From contig DATLTL010000061.1 in assembly GCA_035533635.1 (NCBI GenBank), positions 1-37,047 of the forward strand: a stretch of 37,047 nucleotides of DNA, written 5' to 3'. Position numbers and translations under genes: made by a program. The notes below the pieces were generated by a model, which saw nothing but the letters and a program-made list of their open reading frames with translations, was not told the origin of the DNA and ran no database searches. Positions 35,265 to 37,047 of this stretch are shown here, in pieces. Each line of letters starts with the position of its first letter. Positions within the stretch are counted from its first letter, which is position 1. This DNA comes from Nitrososphaerales archaeon. Its GTDB lineage: Archaea > Thermoproteota > Nitrososphaeria > Nitrososphaerales > CADDZS01.

Positions 35265-35570
35265 TCAGCAATAGGATCGGCGTTTCTGGAGCAACTCGTC
35301 CACTTGATTGAACTCTGCCCATTCTATTCCCTCTTCCTTTTTGATTAGAGCGACAAACTCCCACAACGGCATCCCCGCAATCCTAGCCGCTTCCCATAGC
35401 GTCACTTTTTCTGCCCTGAGCTGAACTATGGCCTTTCTGAGCTTCCATTTCTTGTATCCTGTATCCATGAGCATCCTTACCGCCGTTGATTTGTTGACTG
35501 ATTCCTCCTTCTTCACGCTGTCGATTGCCCTCTCAAGATCCTTGCTGAGGCGTACGCCAACCGCTGTCAT
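35265..35570 (-). CDS. ribbon-helix-helix plus UPF0175-like antitoxin-type protein
   Basis: N-terminal RHH (VGVRLSKDLERAIDSV). The C-terminal VTLWEAARIAGMPLWEFVALIKKEGIEW resembles the UPF0175 family. Confidence 0.5.
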   Translation of the reverse strand: MTAVGVRLSKDLERAIDSVKKEESVNKSTAVRMLMDTGYKKWKLRKAIVQLRAEKVTLWEAARIAGMPLWEFVALIKKEEGIEWAEFNQVDELLQKRRSYC

Positions 35571-35688
35571 ATTCTACCACTCTGCTCCGACTAGGTAATG
35601 TCAAACATTGTTGAACGTATTACTAAGACATTTCCTCTTGGCGCGAGGCTCATGCCGGGGATGGGAGACGGCAAAGACTCGATGTTAG

Positions 35689-35916
35689 CTACAAACGCGG
35701 CAATCTCTCTTCGTATTCTCTGTGTTGCGCTGAGGATCGGAAGACCTCAATCTGTGTCAGATTTGTTTTGAGCCATATGTCTAGGAGAATCTCTTTGTCG
35801 CAATGCGGACATCTGATTGATTTCCCCTGGTGATCGGGCTGTGATCCTCCAAGCTCCTCCGCATCACCATCGATGAATTTGTAGATCGTAGGTCCAATTT
35901 TATTCTCTTGTTCCAT
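35689..35916 (-). CDS. small protein with a single CxxC knuckle (uncertain)
   Basis: RCPHCDKEI. A competing overlapping ORF (35781-36008) exists. Confidence 0.3.
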   Translation of the reverse strand: MEQENKIGPTIYKFIDGDAEELGGSQPDHQGKSIRCPHCDKEILLDIWLKTNLTQIEVFRSSAQHREYEERLPRL

Positions 35917-36422
35917 TTTAGCTCGTCATTATGATTGACTTTGCGTCTTTTGAGTCTTATTCTGATTCGCAGAACCGAAGGCTGAGGATGATAAATTGAG
36001 TAAAGCATGGAACGTGCTGGTCAAGCAGTCATTTAGCTACCTTGAGATTATGTCGGCTCTTTCCTTCGTTTTACGAAGTTCTCGACCAACATTTGTTAAG
36101 ATTCTGACTAGTCTTTCGTTGTAATCCACTCCGTCCATGCAAAATCCAAAGTTGAATTGAAAATTAAATGTTTTCTCAGTAGCCTACCCGCTACCCCTAA
36201 GCCCTAACGCACCGGGGGATCTCCGAAAAGAGATCCTAGGACCTGGATAGTCGTTCGAGCAGCGTCCTGTCCTCCTGAAGAAGATGTCTAACCGCATCTT
36301 CAAACTCTTCGTCGTTGAATTCACTCGGAATCCTCGGTTTGCTGGTCATTATTTGGTACCCTTTTGCACGCGCCTAAATTCGTTGCTGTCCATGACCACA
36401 AACAACCCATGATTGCGTTGTA

Positions 36423-36804
36423 GGCGGAGAGTCAGGAAAGCGTGTCTATTGGCACATGATGACCAATTCTGTTCCCGACAGCCCCTCCACTGCGCAACAC
36501 CTCTCCGAAGAGAGTCAGCTGCGCAGCTTCACAGGAAACTGTTTCGGTACTCTCCACGTCTGGAGAGACCAACCCCAAGCAAGTGCTTGGAGCACCCAGT
36601 AGCATTAACTACCGGGTTCGTCAGGGGAAACATCTCGCACAAGAGTGCAAGGAATCATCTTCCACTAGTGGAAGGAATGCCTTCCGCCGGATGCGGGAGG
36701 ACTTTTCGTCCCTTATTCATTCATCTCGGTTCCGTAGTTTCAGAGGCGATCAATCATGGGCTCCTGACTGGAGCAGTCTCAGTATCGGCGGCCAATCTCT
36801 CGCC
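36423..36804 (-). ncRNA. highly structured ncRNA candidate, RNase P RNA-like (identity unconfirmed, ends approximate)
   Basis: Read on the minus strand there are many nested perfect helices. One is CUGCGCA...[CUCUC-UUCG-GAGAG]...UGCGCAG (36490-36526). Another is CCCGGUAG-UUAAUG-CUACUGGG (36595-36616), with a G-U pair possible only on this strand. Others are CCAAGC-ACUU-GCUUGG, CUCUCCA-GACG-UGGAGAG and GGAAGG-CAUU-CCUUCC. The termini GGCGAGAG / CUCUCCGCC can pair like a P1 stem. GACGAAAAGUCC and GGGAACAGAAUUGG are reminiscent of RNase P CR-I/CR-V. GC content appears higher than the flanks (by eye), and the only ORF there is Arg/Cys-rich and implausible. Confidence 0.45.
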
Positions 36805-37047
36805 ACGCAGAATCCAGTACCTGCCACGTGAATGGTGTGTCACGATTCTCCACTTTTTGTGAGTGCCAAGAAAGAAGAACTAGAAGCCAAATGGACACAA
36901 CTTTTTCTGTCCACTTTTCTTGAAGAACCGCTCAAAACTTACAGTACGCCTGGTGTGCTGCGTGTTTCTACTTGAAACGCCACCGATTGCTGATGTTGGC
37001 ATGTCCATTTTTGTTATGATGTTACCACCACAACGCCTAACGGTAAG

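Noticed and set aside
36236-36349. 37-aa minus-strand ORF (MTSKPRIPSEFNDEEFEDAVRHLLQEDRTLLERLSRS), followed by a perfect hairpin ggatctc-ttttcg-gagatcc, as a mini antitoxin-like gene
   Set aside because: It is too short to support without conservation data and has no adjacent toxin-like ORF. It is kept only as a note.
36413-36862. 149-aa + strand ORF (MRCRRRVRKACLL...)
   Set aside because: Its Arg/Cys/His-rich, low-complexity-like composition exactly overlies the densely base-paired region. It is best explained as a chance open frame in a structured RNA gene on the opposite strand.

Overview
This 37 kb window looks archaeal (XPB/Bax1, NurA/HerA, oligo-T gene ends, many ORFs whose longest form starts at TTG). 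It reads as an accessory, defence-type island rather than core genome. All calls are by-eye motif recognition; no searches were run.

Gene content from left to right:
- (i) 529-6741: a co-directional cluster of a SWIM zinc-finger protein, a BrxL-like AAA+ ATPase without the Lon protease domain (TIGR02688-like), an XPB helicase and a Bax1/DUF790 nuclease.
- (ii) about 7.4-14.5 kb: a cassette bounded by a 46-bp direct repeat (45/46 identical). It carries a 2H-phosphoesterase/metallophosphoesterase fusion, an unknown protein plus a ParB-like/zinc-ribbon protein, an AbiE-like HTH/nucleotidyltransferase pair and a 387-aa orphan.
- (iii) about 14.5-21.7 kb: a second cassette with a TaqI-like N6-adenine DNA methyltransferase that has an apparent 1-nt frameshift at codon 7, a TcmP + DUF5131 (Gp37/Gp68) pair, and a stand-alone NurA-HerA pair.
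- (iv) about 21.7-34.7 kb: a Doc/Fic toxin, a three-gene minus-strand operon with a PD-(D/E)xK nuclease, a three-gene operon (possible HEPN, Nmad3-like, Nmad2-like), an ArsR regulator and many small membrane or zinc-ribbon proteins.
- (v) an ATCGAT/GATC-rich repeat region, orphan antitoxin-like genes, and a highly structured roughly 380-450 nt ncRNA candidate on the minus strand (RNase P RNA-like, unconfirmed).

No CRISPR array, rRNA, convincing tRNA, integrase or transposase was recognised.

The strongest candidates for undescribed systems are the SWIM/BrxL-like/XPB/Bax1 cluster, the methyltransferase-TcmP-DUF5131-NurA-HerA cassette, the HEPN-like/Nmad3-like/Nmad2-like operon and the PD-(D/E)xK three-gene operon.
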